A stretch of DNA of 63,670 nucleotides, the filler included, from Collodictyon triciliatum (lineage: Eukaryota): assembly GCA_043381765.1 (NCBI GenBank). It is 4 parts of 4 records of this genome, joined end to end, with 100 filler letters (N's around TTAATTAATTAA, not from the genome) between each part and the next. Parts side by side here need not be neighbours in the genome. Positions count along the whole stretch, not along the records: positions 32,095 to 50,878 come from JBHJMP010001342.1; 3 more parts are not named here. The stretch is one strand, 5' to 3'. How positions within the stretch are numbered: position 1 is the first letter of the stretch; every line of letters begins with the position of its first letter. The notes under the pieces were generated by a model. That model worked only from the letters and a program-made list of their open reading frames with translations. It searched no databases and was not told the origin of the DNA. Shown in pieces: positions 34,350 through 48,900 of the stretch. The position numbers were made by a program, and so were the translations under genes.

Positions 34350-36855
34350 TTACTTTTTTGCATTCAAGAGCATTATGATGTCACTTTCTATTTCGGCAGG
34401 GTTGACTGATGTCCCATAGCGTTTGAAAGGAATTCCATCTCGACCAATCAAGAACTGGTTTGAAAAATGAATTTGTTAAAGTATTGTCTATAATGATAAA
34501 TATATGCATAGTGACATATATTCTACTTAAAAATTGCATAACTCATCCAAATTACATAGAACAGAAAAAAAAAAGAGAAAAAAACGGGAGAGAGAGAGAA
34601 GGTCACCTTTGTAAAATTCCAATTTATCATAGAGAAGAACGTGCCAGGGAGACGGTCTTTGAGATATTGCCAAAGTGGATGTGCTTTGGAGCCGTTTACA
34701 TCAACCTAATTCATTTTTGTTTTCATCGTTTTGTATTAAAAAGTATTGACAAAGGTATTCTTGCAACTTGCAGATTGTTGTCTCGTCTTATTGAAAATTC
34801 AATAGATTATATATTCATAGAATTACATCTGTTTTATGAATTTGTTCATACCATCAACTAAAAATTATATCAATATATACATAATAAAGTATATATTGAT
34901 ATGAAAAGGTAGTTTCGTAAATATTGGTTGTAATGTACCTTATCCATTAATTTGAATGTGACATCATAAGAGGAAACGAAATCCTTAATCTCTTCATTTG
35001 TAGGAAGTTCCTGGAAGAACTGGGAAGTCGGGAACGCCAGAATTTCAAAACCTTTCATCACAGATCGATTAATTATACCTGATTCCCTCCAAAAAAAAAT
35101 ACTCTTCCTTTCAATTTGCGTAATATGATGGGGGCTTAGTTTTTCATTCCCGAATAGTTGAAAGCAATCATTTAATTATGGTCTGTAATCAACTGAAATC
35201 ATCTTTCTACCCAACTTTTGGTGCTTTTCGTACAACTCCTGCAGCTGCAGATAGTTGACGTTTGTTTTTCCTCTGGAATATCATTAATAAGATAGATAGA
35301 TTAGAAAGCATATACAAAAGTGGATGAAAAAATAGGTTACATGCGGTAGTATGGCGAATGAATGTAAGAGAACCATTTTGAAGCGACGTTGACGACAAGA
35401 AGAACCTATGCGTGATGTAATTAAGCATGTCGAATAACAACTAAGGTAAATAAATTAGTTGTATTTATATGCTCATTCGTTTATATTTGTATCACCTTTC
35501 CAGCGAATAGCTTCAGGTCAATCTCATTCATATCAATATCGAGTGCTTTGAAGTCATAAACAGAATGAACATCACCGGGGACAGTTGATGTAAGGACATA
35601 GTCAAAAGCGATGGCAACTGTAGCAAGATTAAAAAAAAGTAGGGATTTATGAAATGACTGGGCGTATTGACCGTGACATAATACGATACGTAAATAAAAT
35701 CGCATCGACATAATACACAAATATAACGAGTTATTACAAAACCGAAATCGTCTTTAAAAAAATTGACACTGAGAAAACTGTTCGTTAAAAAAAATGATCA
35801 AGAATATGAAAGATAAGTAAATAGATATGTATACTGCAAAAAGAGAATATTCTATATATGATTAAAATTTGTATCATCTATGCATAATAAAAGGTATAGA
35901 AAGTGAGATGCGATACGAGGGCAAAAGATCAAACAAAATAAAGTAAAACACACAAAAACACACAAAAAAACAATACAATACAATACAATACAGTACAGTA
36001 CAATACAATACAAAAAAAAAACACACACACACAAAATGACACAATGATTGAAGGACAAACGGCTCAGATAGACGAAGCTTATCAGCAGGAGAAACCCTCC
36101 AAGCAACTTTATTGCTCGAGTAGTAAAAGAAGGCTTCAGGCGCGTACCCTTCGATTCAATAGCTTTACGTTTGTGTGGAAGAAAGCCACAATATAATTAA
36201 TAAGTAATTGGTGGGACATAGCTAAAATATGAATACATTTTTTGTTTCCCTTTATTCGAGATATGGATATATAGTTGGAAAATGAATGAATGAAAAAAAA
36301 AAAAGAAGAAATAGGAAAGTAGAATATAAATAGACAAAGACAAGGAAAAATATTATGAAAAATACAAATAGAAGACAGAAAACAAACAAAAAAAAAAAAA
36401 AGGATATGAAAAATACAAATAGAAAAGTTGAGAGAAAATATAAATAAAAAAGGAATAGAAATATAAAAACATAAGATAAACAATAAATACGAACGTGGCT
36501 CTGTGTCCGAACGCCCGGGACTACCAGCATTTGGTGGATTATCCTTTCAAACAATCGATGAGGAGAGCAGGATGGGAAAAAGATCAGAAAAAATAAATAA
36601 ACTTAGACTAAACTTGGCTGCAAAAGTAGCAAAAAGATCTTGTGTATTAAGCGAGTGCTTCTGTTACCCCGTTCTGCTTGGGCACCCCCGGGCGAAGGGA
36701 AAGTCCCTGGGCTTGAGACAACATCAAAGAGTCCACCACACTCACCTGCTGTGCTTAAGTTTTACAACTCTGTTTCCCGTGCGGACAAACTTCAGAGCAG
36801 ACACAAAAGAGAAACAACATACAAGACTTGTGATCAGCAGCTTCGCTAGATTCAT
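34350..36855 (-). CDS. GPX: Selenocysteine glutathione peroxidase (GPx4/PHGPx-like) with long N-terminal leader, 9 exons
   Basis: SVYDFKALDID..LFAGK/VLLVVNVASK-TG|A-GKTNVNYLQLQELYEKH/GFEILAFPTSQF/VDVNGSKAHPLWQYLK..INWNFTK/FLIGRDG..KRYG. The in-frame TGA is split by intron 35273-35373. Start at 36855 is tentative (alternative ATG 36530). Confidence 0.9.
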
Positions 36856-36968
36856 TCTCGGTAGGAAAATTATATATAAAGGAAAATAAAAGGGAATATA
36901 AGGAAATGGGGAGATGAAGAAAAAAGAAAAAGGAAAAAGAAAAAAGGAAAAGGAGGATTTTTCTGAGT

Positions 36969-39900
36969 TTATTTATACGCTGGATGTTTTGACAGGGCGA
37001 CATCGGCAATGGCTCTGAGCAAATCCCTATCGTGGGCGGATGAGTGGTCCCTATGCTGGAGTTCTATGCATCCAACGGGAATCAGCTCCGTAAGCCGGTG
37101 TCTGGTTGAAGATGAGCAGGAAAGAAACATAAGCAGCTCATAGGTAACCCAATCTACGTAGCGCTCAAAGAAAGCATCTGCCAATGTGGTGTATTTGTTC
37201 ACGTATTGAGAAATGCCATTGAGTTTGAAGCCAAGCCTTTGGGTCGTGTCTATGGTTTCTGACCAAAAGGTGATGGAGCTTTCCATGATGCCTCTGGCTT
37301 CTAACCCTTCACAGATTCTAAGCGATAACGACCGGAAGATATGCTCGGCCGCATACCCAGTGTCCAGGGTGAGCATTTTCAGTATTTCCGTCTGCTCCCT
37401 CCATTCTGAAAATATCTTACTGCCCTTTTCGACGGCCCGGAGGACGATAGCCTTCATGTCCTCAACACCCGGTAGATACTTTGCGTAAAAATCTGGCTTC
37501 AGCAAAACAAGAGCGTTCAAGTTGTTTTGACGGCTACCCTCGAATATGTTATCCAGATAGACATGTCTCCAAAGATGATGAAAAAATGGCTTAGCGCAGT
37601 ACTCCTGAGGGTAGCAACCCCCTTGATGGACTTGTTCTGCTTCATTTGTAACATCTATGGTGTTCATGTCTCTTGTTAAATGATGGATAATAATAGCGTG
37701 CTTTGGTGACTGATGACGGCGGTTCTCATATTGCATCTGGGCATATAAAAAAGCAAAGTAGTTCAATCGATTCACATCGCAGCAACCATTCGTAAAAGAT
37801 GCAACCAAATATGACTCACTCTCTACACTGAAAAAGCGAGCTAGAGAATCCGTCAGCTGTCTTTCGGTCGATATTTGGTTCAGATTTAGATAGAATACGT
37901 CTTCTAGATCCATTTCACACCGTAAAGTTGCTTCAACATCCCCAACTCTACTGAAATCAGCGTAAGTCCATACAGATATATGGAGGCCGATGGGGAAACT
38001 GGAGATTCTGGAATCACTCCAACCATTTTTCTTTGCATATTTGATTACATCGAAAAGATTGGTATGACATTGTTCATCCATATACTCCTTGCGAATATTT
38101 AGCCCACATATTTCCTATTAAATAATTGGGAGGATTTAACATTAAAAAAATCTAACCAGGCCAAGCTTTGTAATTGTAAATAATCAAAAATATGTTTTAC
38201 ATTTCTTTTATGGATATGAAATTTTTATGGATATGCTTTTAGTCACATTGCTGTATTCAGTTGTCATTATCCACTCAGGTTTTAACATCCATATTAGATA
38301 ACGAAAGGTTTCTTTAACGAGGTCGCTAACAATTTTTGAACCAGATGTATGACTGGCTCTTAATAATGCCGAAGCTATGAGAGATTCATGGTAAGCAGCA
38401 AATGCATCACAGTACGTTTTTTGCTGTCTTGGTTTTTCCCAAGACTTTTCTAATGCCTCACCTAGTATTTCCTGTGATTTTTATTATAATATTATTGAAT
38501 TCAGTAAATTATTTACTTTTTATCTGAAATTCCCAATATGAAAGCATATTATCAAAGATTTTTGAAATAAACCTTTATATTTTGTACAGTCGTTTTGTAG
38601 AGTCTATCGTCCAAAATATCATCGATTGTCAAATGTTGCTTTTCAAAACGACTTAGCAGTGTACTATGAATTCCCCAAGGTGTTAAACCATAGGCCTCCT
38701 CTGTTGAAACGATCATCATACATTTAAAATTAGGATGAACCGAGTATATGTCATCACCATAAATTGGAGAAGATATATGACAAAACGTCTTATCTCCAGT
38801 TTGTACGTATTTCTAAATATTAATATATGATATTAGTAATGAAATATCAGAAATCATTTGTTTAGATTTTTTTATAATTTAATTTAAAGCTTTGATGGTC
38901 TTTGATAATAAAAAAAATTGCATTTCTTCAAACCTGGCTGAACATTTCGGAGAGAAGTTCATAGATACGATTATATCCCACCATGACCATAAAAAGACCA
39001 TGTTCCATGCAATAGCGAACCTTATTTAGCAACTTACAAATATTATCTTCTAGATAATCTAGGTAATCAGTGCTGAATATTATGATCACTTCATGATAGT
39101 TGATCATTTCTACATCTAGCAGATATGAAAAGGCGAAGTTGTTTTCCGTGATAATCATCAAGTGACGCGATTTGGAATCAGATAAATTTAATGATATTAA
39201 TTCAAGAGCAGAATTTCGAGGGATTAGAGGGACCCCTAATCTAGAGCGAAAAAGTTTGATTTTTTCCCCTAAAGCCTCCTTTGTGAAACCATTCATGTTT
39301 CTGGAAAGAGCTTGCATTAAAGTTATTGAAAAGTCTATTCTTTGCCGAGTACTTATCCATTCTATGAAACCGTAAAAATCATGCATTCCTATGGGTCAAA
39401 TCAGAATTTACTTAACCTCAAAAATTTGTAAATTTTCATCCAAAAATAAAAAATTGTAATACATAAATGGGTCTCCATAGAAATCGTCACGAATATTTAC
39501 CGTAAAATTTTTCTTTTCTTCTATCCAACCGTGTCAGCAGCGTTTGTTTATACCCAAAATTGCTTGCAGGTGGTTGATGTCCTTGGAAAATGTCATGCAA
39601 TATATTGGTAATCGTTCTAATTACCTTATACCTAATTTTTGGGTCTTTTGGCATCAAATAATGGATATTTCTACTATCAACTTGCTTAAAATTATCCAGT
39701 TTCATATAAAGAGGCTCTATAATATTCATGGCTGTCATTTCCATGTCATTTATAGATGGGTGCTCGTGATTCAACATAAGCTATTGGAATAATGTGAAAG
39801 TTGAGAAATTTGCAAAAAAAAAAAAATGTCTAATTAAAAAAACATTTACATTAAAACGATCAAAACCGTTTACAATCATAAAATACCATTCGATTAGTGT

Positions 39901-42900
39901 TTGAGGCATTAAGTCTACTATGAGAGAGAATTATGACAGAAATTTTTGATTTCTCGAGAAGTCGGTCAAGTATTTCAAAGGGTGCGTGAGGGCTTTGTCT
40001 GGCCAAGCTGGCATCTTCCATCAAAAGAACGTACTGTAGATAGTTTTTTCCATGGTCGTCATTTCCTTTTCGAATTCTATCTTTTTCATTTTGAATTTTG
40101 ATTTGACTGTTCAATTCTTTTTCCTCACGTAAAGCACCATTATACGCCTTTTCTATATCTGAATTTTAAAGATGAAACCGTTAAAATTATCAACAACCCA
40201 AATATTTGATAGCTTCATAAAAATGGGAAAATGGCCATATAATGTATGATATAAAAATTAAAAAAAAACCCCCAGGTCTTGTAAAAACAGAACACTGAAT
40301 ACACTTAAAGATGAGTTTGGGGAAGAAAGAGAAAAGTTTTCCTCTATTTTCCGACGAAAATGTTCTCTTCAAAATACCCATGGCCAATGATTTTGATGTT
40401 CCTGAGCCCCCAACAACCTAAAGTAATTTGCTGTTTATAAAATATATACCCCATGAATTTTTGATATAAAATGTGCTCAATAATTTACCAAGGCCGGCAT
40501 TCTGTTGAATATAGAAACTGTCATCAAGAAGATATTCTCAGACAAGGTCTCGTTTAATAACGTAGTTTTATCTCCCATATCCATGCATTTCAAAAATAAA
40601 CTCATTTCTAGTTTCATTGTATTTTGAAATCGTTTGTATTTCATAAAAAATACTTTCTTTATCCCATCAAAGGATTTTATCCCAAAAAGCTTGTTGGAAA
40701 TATTTACTTCGTCATATAAAACGTAATTTAAATATCTTTCTCTTTGATTTTCCCCTCTGAAAGTGCTTGATTTTGATTCCAGATTGCTATATATTGTATT
40801 ATATAGTCAACGATTAATGATAGAAAAAACATTAAAATATCTTTGTAGTTTATAAATTTTTATCTAAATACTCCTCATGAGATTGCTCAATAATATAAAT
40901 TTACCTAAGTTTTAAGTAATAGCAACAGAATAATGCAATTCCCATCGATATTTCTCGAGAAGATAGCTCTTCATCTGGAAAGAAAGGACAGTTGGAATCG
41001 TCTTCTACTACTTTTGTCAGATTGCACACTTGGCATTCCTTTTTTAAATTAAATTTTTCATTCAGGGATTCTTGTCGATAAAATTCGAGTCTTTGAAAAG
41101 ATATTCTGTAAAACCATCTCTCCAAATCAATACATCTTTTTATATCCCGTAAACTAACACACGATGGTTCACCAAGCTCCCTCCTCATAAAGTGTTGAGA
41201 TCTGGCTATGAGTTCGCAAAAAAGGTTACTCTTTTTAACATCCATTTGGCTTTTGACGCTTAAAAATCCTGTTTCAATATAAATGGAGATATCCTATTGT
41301 CGTATTATATATTTTAACATCACCTTCTTAGATATCTATTGTGTTTTTGTAATAAAAACCCGTCATTTTTCTAATTTATACGATAAATTTTTATTCAATA
41401 ATTACCTCTTTATTAACATCATTAATCATCGAGTTAATATAGAAAACTTCTTCGTTCGATTCGATGTAACCAAAGTTCCATAGGTGCAAGCCAATTGATG
41501 GAGGTATTTCACGTATTGGATGTGAAAATAAACAAGATTTTCTATTAATATGACTTTCTTGAGAATTGACGTCACTTGGAACGATAAATGATGTGCCGGT
41601 AATCGATTCTTCAAGTTCATATTTACTGGAGCGATACACTCCAATAAATGAAAGATTTTTCGGAAGTATTGATCCATCGCATGTATGATCACAAAAACAC
41701 TCTGAATGTCAATTTTTTTAGAAATGGAATTAGTAATAAACTAGGATATTTTTTTTTCAAAATAATCTTACCTTTTAAGAAATCGATGTGTTTAGAAGTC
41801 CTTATTTCGTCAAAAAATATGACGGCAGGCATTTCAGGACTTTTATCCGCGAGTTCTGTGCAAAAGTCAAAGTTATTTTTAAAATTATGAATTAGTAGAT
41901 TTTTCAGTACAAAGTACCTTTTCCCTCATTGATTGTGTTTCTAATTTCAGATTCCTTTGTTTCATCTATAATAATTAATTATTAAACACACTGTTTTAAG
42001 TATGAATTTATTTCGAAATACTATTAAAATTTTGAATAATTGGAGTCGAATGAAGGGAATAAAATTATTAAAAAAAAACCATGAACGAGGAGCTTAACAT
42101 AATTTCCGTTCAGTATTTGGCATACGAAATCTATCAATTTTGTTTTTCCACAACCAGTCTCTCCCTTTTAATAAAATAAAAATTAACTATATTAACAAAA
42201 AAACATTTTGATATAGTTTAAATTGTAAATATTTACCGTGATAATAAGTGGTAGTCGATTTTTGATGCGATTATAAATGTGTATTATTTTGATTATGCAA
42301 TCTTTTGTAATTGTTAGACCGACTATTTGGGCTCCTCTTTCAATAATATCCTTTCTCTCACCGATAATTATACTTAATATTTCAAAAAGTGTATCAGAAA
42401 TATTTTTTTGTCTATGCTCCATACCCCAAATATCAGGGAAACGGTTATTAATTCTCTTTGATAGGTAGAGGATGTCATCATAGTGACGTGGAATTTTTCC
42501 ATCAGGACTGCAACTTGGGTGCTTTTGATCAGTCATCTTTTTGAACAGAGGTTCGATTTCACAATATACAGTAAACGGCGCTTTTTCGGGGGTAAATAAC
42601 AAAGGTGGGTGCAAAAAATCATTCCAAAAGCGATTCACTTCCAAACTCTCTACATCTAACCTCGCTGAAGAAAATGCGTTTGCATAATCCATAAGTATTC
42701 GAATAATAAACCGCCTTTTAAGGCAGGTATGTGGTATGGCTTTCAGTCCTGATGGAGATAAAACTGGGCTCTCTTCGAAAATGCGAAACTGGTTGAAGCA
42801 AAATTTCACAAAACTGATCCAAGCGTATCTTTCTGCCTGGCAGTAGTAAGAAAGAGTTTCTTCACATCTAAAGAAAATAATTTGGATTATTGTCAATATT

Positions 42901-45900
42901 TGAGCTATAAATCATGTATATAGCCCTTATATAATAGAAATATCTTTTTTATATTTTACTTTTCAATTCCGAGGTCTCTCTCTAGATGAGGTCTAAATAC
43001 GTGCCTCTCAAATCTTTCTTCAACTATAGGATCATTACTGCGAGGTAATGCTGCATTCAATGTTTTACAGACGTACTGAATCATGTTTTGATTTACTTCG
43101 ACTACCTCTAACCTCTCATAAAAAGATCCAATCCAGGCTTTTTCTGGTTGAGTGGTTTTGTAAGTTGCACATAAATCGAAATTCTGAAGAGATACATCCA
43201 GAGACGTGTCCCAGTTTGCTTTTTCAAAGTATTGTAATAATTCATCGCAAGGATGAACCTCCCTTCTGATAAGAACAGGCTCTTCGATATATACAGTCTA
43301 ATCATATGAGTAGCATTAAAATATTTGTGTAAAATGAATGAAACATTATTTTGATCAGCTCAATGATAGATAAACAATTACCATATTATTTTCTAAATGT
43401 ACCACCCTTCCGTCTGAGTGCGAAACTACTCGTAGAATAAGCCATTTAAAGAGAAATAATAATGCATTTTTGGAACACGTCACTCCCAAATTAATCCACA
43501 AGACTTTTTTTCCTGTCGCTAATATCTGTAAGCTGTCAAATAATGTATCGAAGGTTGTAGATTCGGTTATAGATACTGGTATGGCATCAATTCCGGCCAT
43601 TTTCATTTGTTTACGAATCCAATAAGATTTCCCCATGGATGGCTTGCATGATGTTACCCTTAGTATTTTGATATTACTCTTTGACATGATTTTTTGGATA
43701 CAATGGACGATGTTTTGGCGATCTTTAACAATTTTTAAATATTTTCTATTCCATTTATTGATAGTGACAGCAATATGGTCATTCGATGAATGTGCATATG
43801 TCTCTATAATAAATAAAATATTTAAATTCTTTTTGCCTCCATAACTCTGGACTAACTTGTCTTCTAGATATATCTTGGAATCATATGAGAGTCTACCAGG
43901 TTCTATGATTGAGTACAATTTTGTTTTTCCTGCATACTTGCATAGATCTTTATCAAATTTTAGTCTATGAAAGAATATATCGATTTCCTGTCTAGAGGTT
44001 TTCGATGAGCATATCAATACTTCTTCACATCTAGGTAACCTATTATGTAATTCAATGTAAATAGAAAAGGCCATAGACCACACACCTTCCCCATTCGGAA
44101 CGATGAATGTGTTTGGTTCTCTATCAGAAAGATCGTAAACATCGTATTTTTTTGGTAATTCCTGAAAGCTATTATTCAAAAATATACTATCCAACTGTAA
44201 TCCTATGGCGTGATGGTATTCTACAAAGGTCTCTGGAATCTCTTCGATCTTACACCTCTTTACTAATAGCACTATCTCTTGCTTACATTTTTCAGGGGAT
44301 GCTAATTTCATTACATTCACGAAATTTTGATCTTCGTGGGGTATTTGGTGGGGAAATTTAGCATCGTATAGCCTCAATATTTGCAAATTGGTGAAATTGT
44401 TGATGATTGTATATGATTCCCTTATTTCTGTCATGTGTCTTTGCCATTCCATTTTTATCTCCCTCGTATATTCTAGTCGGGATGAAACTTGCTCTACTTC
44501 AATGCTTCCTTTTATCACCTCTTGATAACTCTATTGATGAATTTTTACGATTAATGAATTTGATTTTTGGGTTAAAATTTATCAATGGTATATTTGATTT
44601 TTTAATTAATGATACCTGGTAATCTGGATGTCCATCATTCTTCAAATCTTCCAGGATGATTGAATAATCTAATAGTATATCTAAAATTTCGATAAACATT
44701 TCCATCTCATTTTCTTCACTGCAATTCATTTCTTTTTTATCAATTTGGCAAGAAAATACCACTTTTAATTTTTTGTTTAATTGATTAATCTGCAGGCTAT
44801 TTAGAAAAAAACCGGACTCATCTTCAGAAGAAGCCATTTTTTGAATATTTATGCAGCCGTGGGTTGAATCAACCTCATTCAGGTCAATAAAAAATTCACC
44901 GTCCTATTTTATTTTGAAATATTAATATAAAAAATTTTGATATGTAAAATTAAAAATTAATTTCAATAAATTAATAAGCATGATTATCAATCATCGATTA
45001 TTCGATCAATTGGAAAAATTAATGAACTTCTGGTTGTTAAAAATTTCTCTAATATAAAGATAAAAAAATCATACTGATAAAATCATCTTCATTTGGCATA
45101 TAGCTACAAATGAGTCTAAATTGAAGGTTTCATCCAATATATCCGTAAGAATATGAATATCCGATTCCATATAGGTATATTTTGATTTTTTCATCAATAT
45201 ATGGAATTCAGACCATATAAACAGAATAGAAGATATATTTCCATCACATGATTTGTTCCTCTCTGTTATCTTATCAGCCAAAGGCCATAATTCTGCAACC
45301 TTTTCAATAAATAGCCTATGATCTATTCCTGACTCTACAAATTTTGAGAAACAAAGGGATAGTATCTTTTTTGTATATCCGAGACATTTGGAGTTTGCTT
45401 TATCCAGTAAATTTAAGATACCCAATGCGAATTCCATGCTCTTACTCAGGTCGCCACCCAATTCAAGATTCATAACATCCTCCATCCAATTTTTCCATTC
45501 AGCTGCGATTAATTTTATATTCAAAGACGATTGAGGGGGTAATATGCAGTATCGAGAACTATTAGGTTTTCTCAAATAAAGTGATGTCCAATTTTCAATC
45601 AAGCTTTGTACTTCGCAAACCGCAGCAGCTGATTTTATGAATGAGTACCGGGATATATCTTTAAGAGAATGTGATATTGCATCAAACATTCTGAAGAATT
45701 TTCTAAAATTTGAAAAAGTTCTGTCAATATCAACAGTTTTATCAAGAAAGCTCTCTGTGGAATAATGCTGGCAGCAAAGCAGTAAACCTTTGATATTTGA
45801 AGCCATATCCCCACCTTCTTCTGTCCATTTTTCATATAGTTTGACATCCACTTCTAAATTAGAAAATCGTTTGGCTAATACAGAAAGTTCATTTGCCAAA

Positions 45901-48900
45901 GGTTCTAACCAGTATTTGGTGCAATGTATCGTAAAAGATTGCATGTTTACAAAGGTTTCGTCCAATCCAAAGTTTGAATTTTTTGTAAAATCAGTGTAAA
46001 ATGAACTAAAGAGTGAATTGTTTTCCGATATTTCCAACATATGAACATACTTTTCTGGATTTGGAATTATAGAAACTGTTTCTATATCAGTAAATGGAGT
46101 ATTTTCATAGTCCTTCAAAAATTTATTGATTTCTTTCTGAAATAATTTTGTATCATACCCGACATTCAGAATTGTAAATTTTTTATCTTCGACCAGGAGT
46201 TTCCACTGAATTAAAACGTTTTTTGTTGAATGCATTATTCCACCTATATACTCAAAATCGTCTTTGTGCATCTGCAGAAAATCTCTTTTGAAGTAAAATA
46301 ATGAGTTTATCATCATCCATGTAAAAGGAGTTATTGATTTTCTTTCTACTAAATAAATAATATGTTCGCTTAATTGTTTACATCTTTGGAGGAATATTTG
46401 TGCCAATCTTTCTTTGTAATTCTTTGGAATATTCTGAATGGGCTTGATCATCTTTTCGAAATGGATTTCGTACCAACTTGAAAACGCCTCTCCTGAGTTT
46501 GGAAGTTCAATTTGATCTATATTTGCTGATAAAATTTCACAAACTATCTCATGATGATGAGTGTCATGCGTTTGCAGGAGGACCTAATTCAAGATATAAA
46601 ATTAAAAAATTGAAAAGTTGCTATATACTAAGGGTCATTTTACTCACACAACACTCTGTTATTGTTTGTGCTCTTGTATCCAAGCTCGTGTTTTCACTCA
46701 AAATTTTGACGGTTGATCGAATTGCAGGTGTAATCAGACAATCTACTCTGAAAATTAGTCCAGATGTAATTGCCTTCAGAAGGATACCGTGTTCAATAGA
46801 TTTAATGTAAATTTCCAGTCCTTTGGTGATGTTTTCTTCAATCGATAGACCTCTTGTCAACCTTAGCAAGTCTTCATATATCGATAAAATTCTTGAGACT
46901 TCTAGTGTATTTCTTGATTTTTCTCCATTTACAACACCAATTATTTGATGGGAGAATTCAATTATTCTTGGTATGGATTCTCTCTTGGAAAGAATGTGGC
47001 ATAAAGCCACTATTATGTAAATTTCTTGTGAATTTGTACAAGTGTCATTACATATCTCTTTTAAATCTGATGATGTTGCAAAAAGGGCATCCTTTCTGTC
47101 GAATATTTGCATAAATATTCTGAAAGTTTGTAGTTCTATGTTTTTGCTCAAGAAAATTGCATACTTGACCAATTCACCAGAGTTGAAAAATCTAAGGACA
47201 CCTCCCATAATATCTTGGATAAATCGTACTACAGAATTAGACCATCGACCACGACTCATATTTGAAAAACATTTTATGATGTCAAAATCAGAACATCCTC
47301 TCTTGTATGATTCAAAAACTTCTTTTTTCGTCAAATTTTTTATATTTTGTATTAAAATATTAATATCCTCATTTGATTCACCAGAATATTGAAGAATAAT
47401 CCCAAGTATAGTAAATATATCTAGTATCATTAATTTTGTTTGAAAAATTTTTATTATATGATTTCCTTTAAATGATATACGAATAAATAGGACTGGGTAA
47501 AGAATTATAATTTTAAATTGCAATCATTAATAGTAAAAAATATTAAGAATGGAAAGAAAAGGGAAAATATTGAAGACTCACCCTCTATGTTAAAGCATTT
47601 GTGTATTATTAAATGGAGCTTAATGGAACAATCTAGTTCACACAAATTCTTTTGGTTCTCATTCATAATATGACTAATAAATTTGCATGTTAATGAAGCA
47701 TTTTGAGAAGAACGCTTTTTCATTTTGTGATATAGATCTTCATTTAGCGCATATTTAATCCTATACGGCAAAATTGTCAGTTTGTTGATCATATATAAGG
47801 TCTCTAAAGGTTCCTCCTCCGTTTGTATTAAAATTGAAACATAAAGGTTATACAAATTCGACAAGTAATCACCATCAGTGGTCCTGAATTGGCCCTGAAG
47901 AATTTTGAGATATTCATTGAATCGTCTCTGGATTTGATGAATAAGTTTTGAATCGCATGAATCAGTGAGAATATTGAAGGTCACTAAATCCTTGATGGAG
48001 AGTAATTCGGATGTCGTTTGGACCCATTCTTTTCTTTCCATAGAAAACAATATGAGTTCGAATACATCACATTCATTATACAGTCTATATTTCTTTAACA
48101 ATTCGATACATTCATGTGGCTTGAGTTGTACAAAACCCCTGATCGAACCCATAATTAATTGGTAACCGGATTGTCGGTGTTTTGATTGAAGAAAAGCCTC
48201 TTCTCTTTTTTCAGTGTAGTAATCTATTTGTTTCTTTGTATTTGAATCCATATCTATGGAAGTAAATATAATTTTTTCATTACTTTCAATCGAAATCTCT
48301 GTCACAGACACTTTTTTTTGGGTCTCTTCGTCATATACTGAAACCCATAGGAATATCTTTTTTGTCGACATATTTGACTCGGTGAGAGGTACGATTAACC
48401 TGAAAATCTTACATTCGTCGTGATAACAGCATTTGTTTTTCATTAGAGCATATTCAAAATCGTTGCCTAGACGGCATATAACGCTTACACTCTGGTTCAG
48501 GGAGATATTTCCATCTAGTTGAACATATACTTGGATGTTTGTGCTTCCCTTGCTCCTATGTCGCCCTCCAATTGTGTGAAAGTTTTTAAAAATTCGTAGT
48601 AATTGCTCTATGTGGATACCTTTTGGAATGAATTCCTGCTCAAATATTTTTGCTATCGAGCTGTCAAGGTTCAAAAAGAATGACTGGTAATCTTGGAAGC
48701 TGGTTTTATTTCTCTGGTCTATATCCCGCCTAACTGAGCTCTTGGCTTCATCATTAACTTTGTCTGCCGCGCCATATTCATGTATCACATCACGCTTTGA
48801 TTCAACCAGCAACATTCGATTATCAAAATGAATACGCATTTCATTCGTGTGCGTGTGTATCATTACACTATATTCCAGCACATATTTTTGCATGAGCCAA

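Noticed and set aside
36790-36822. 33-nt GT-AG mini-intron in GPx exon 1
   Set aside because: Much shorter than other introns here, a multiple of three, and it encodes the hydrophobic core of the apparent signal peptide.
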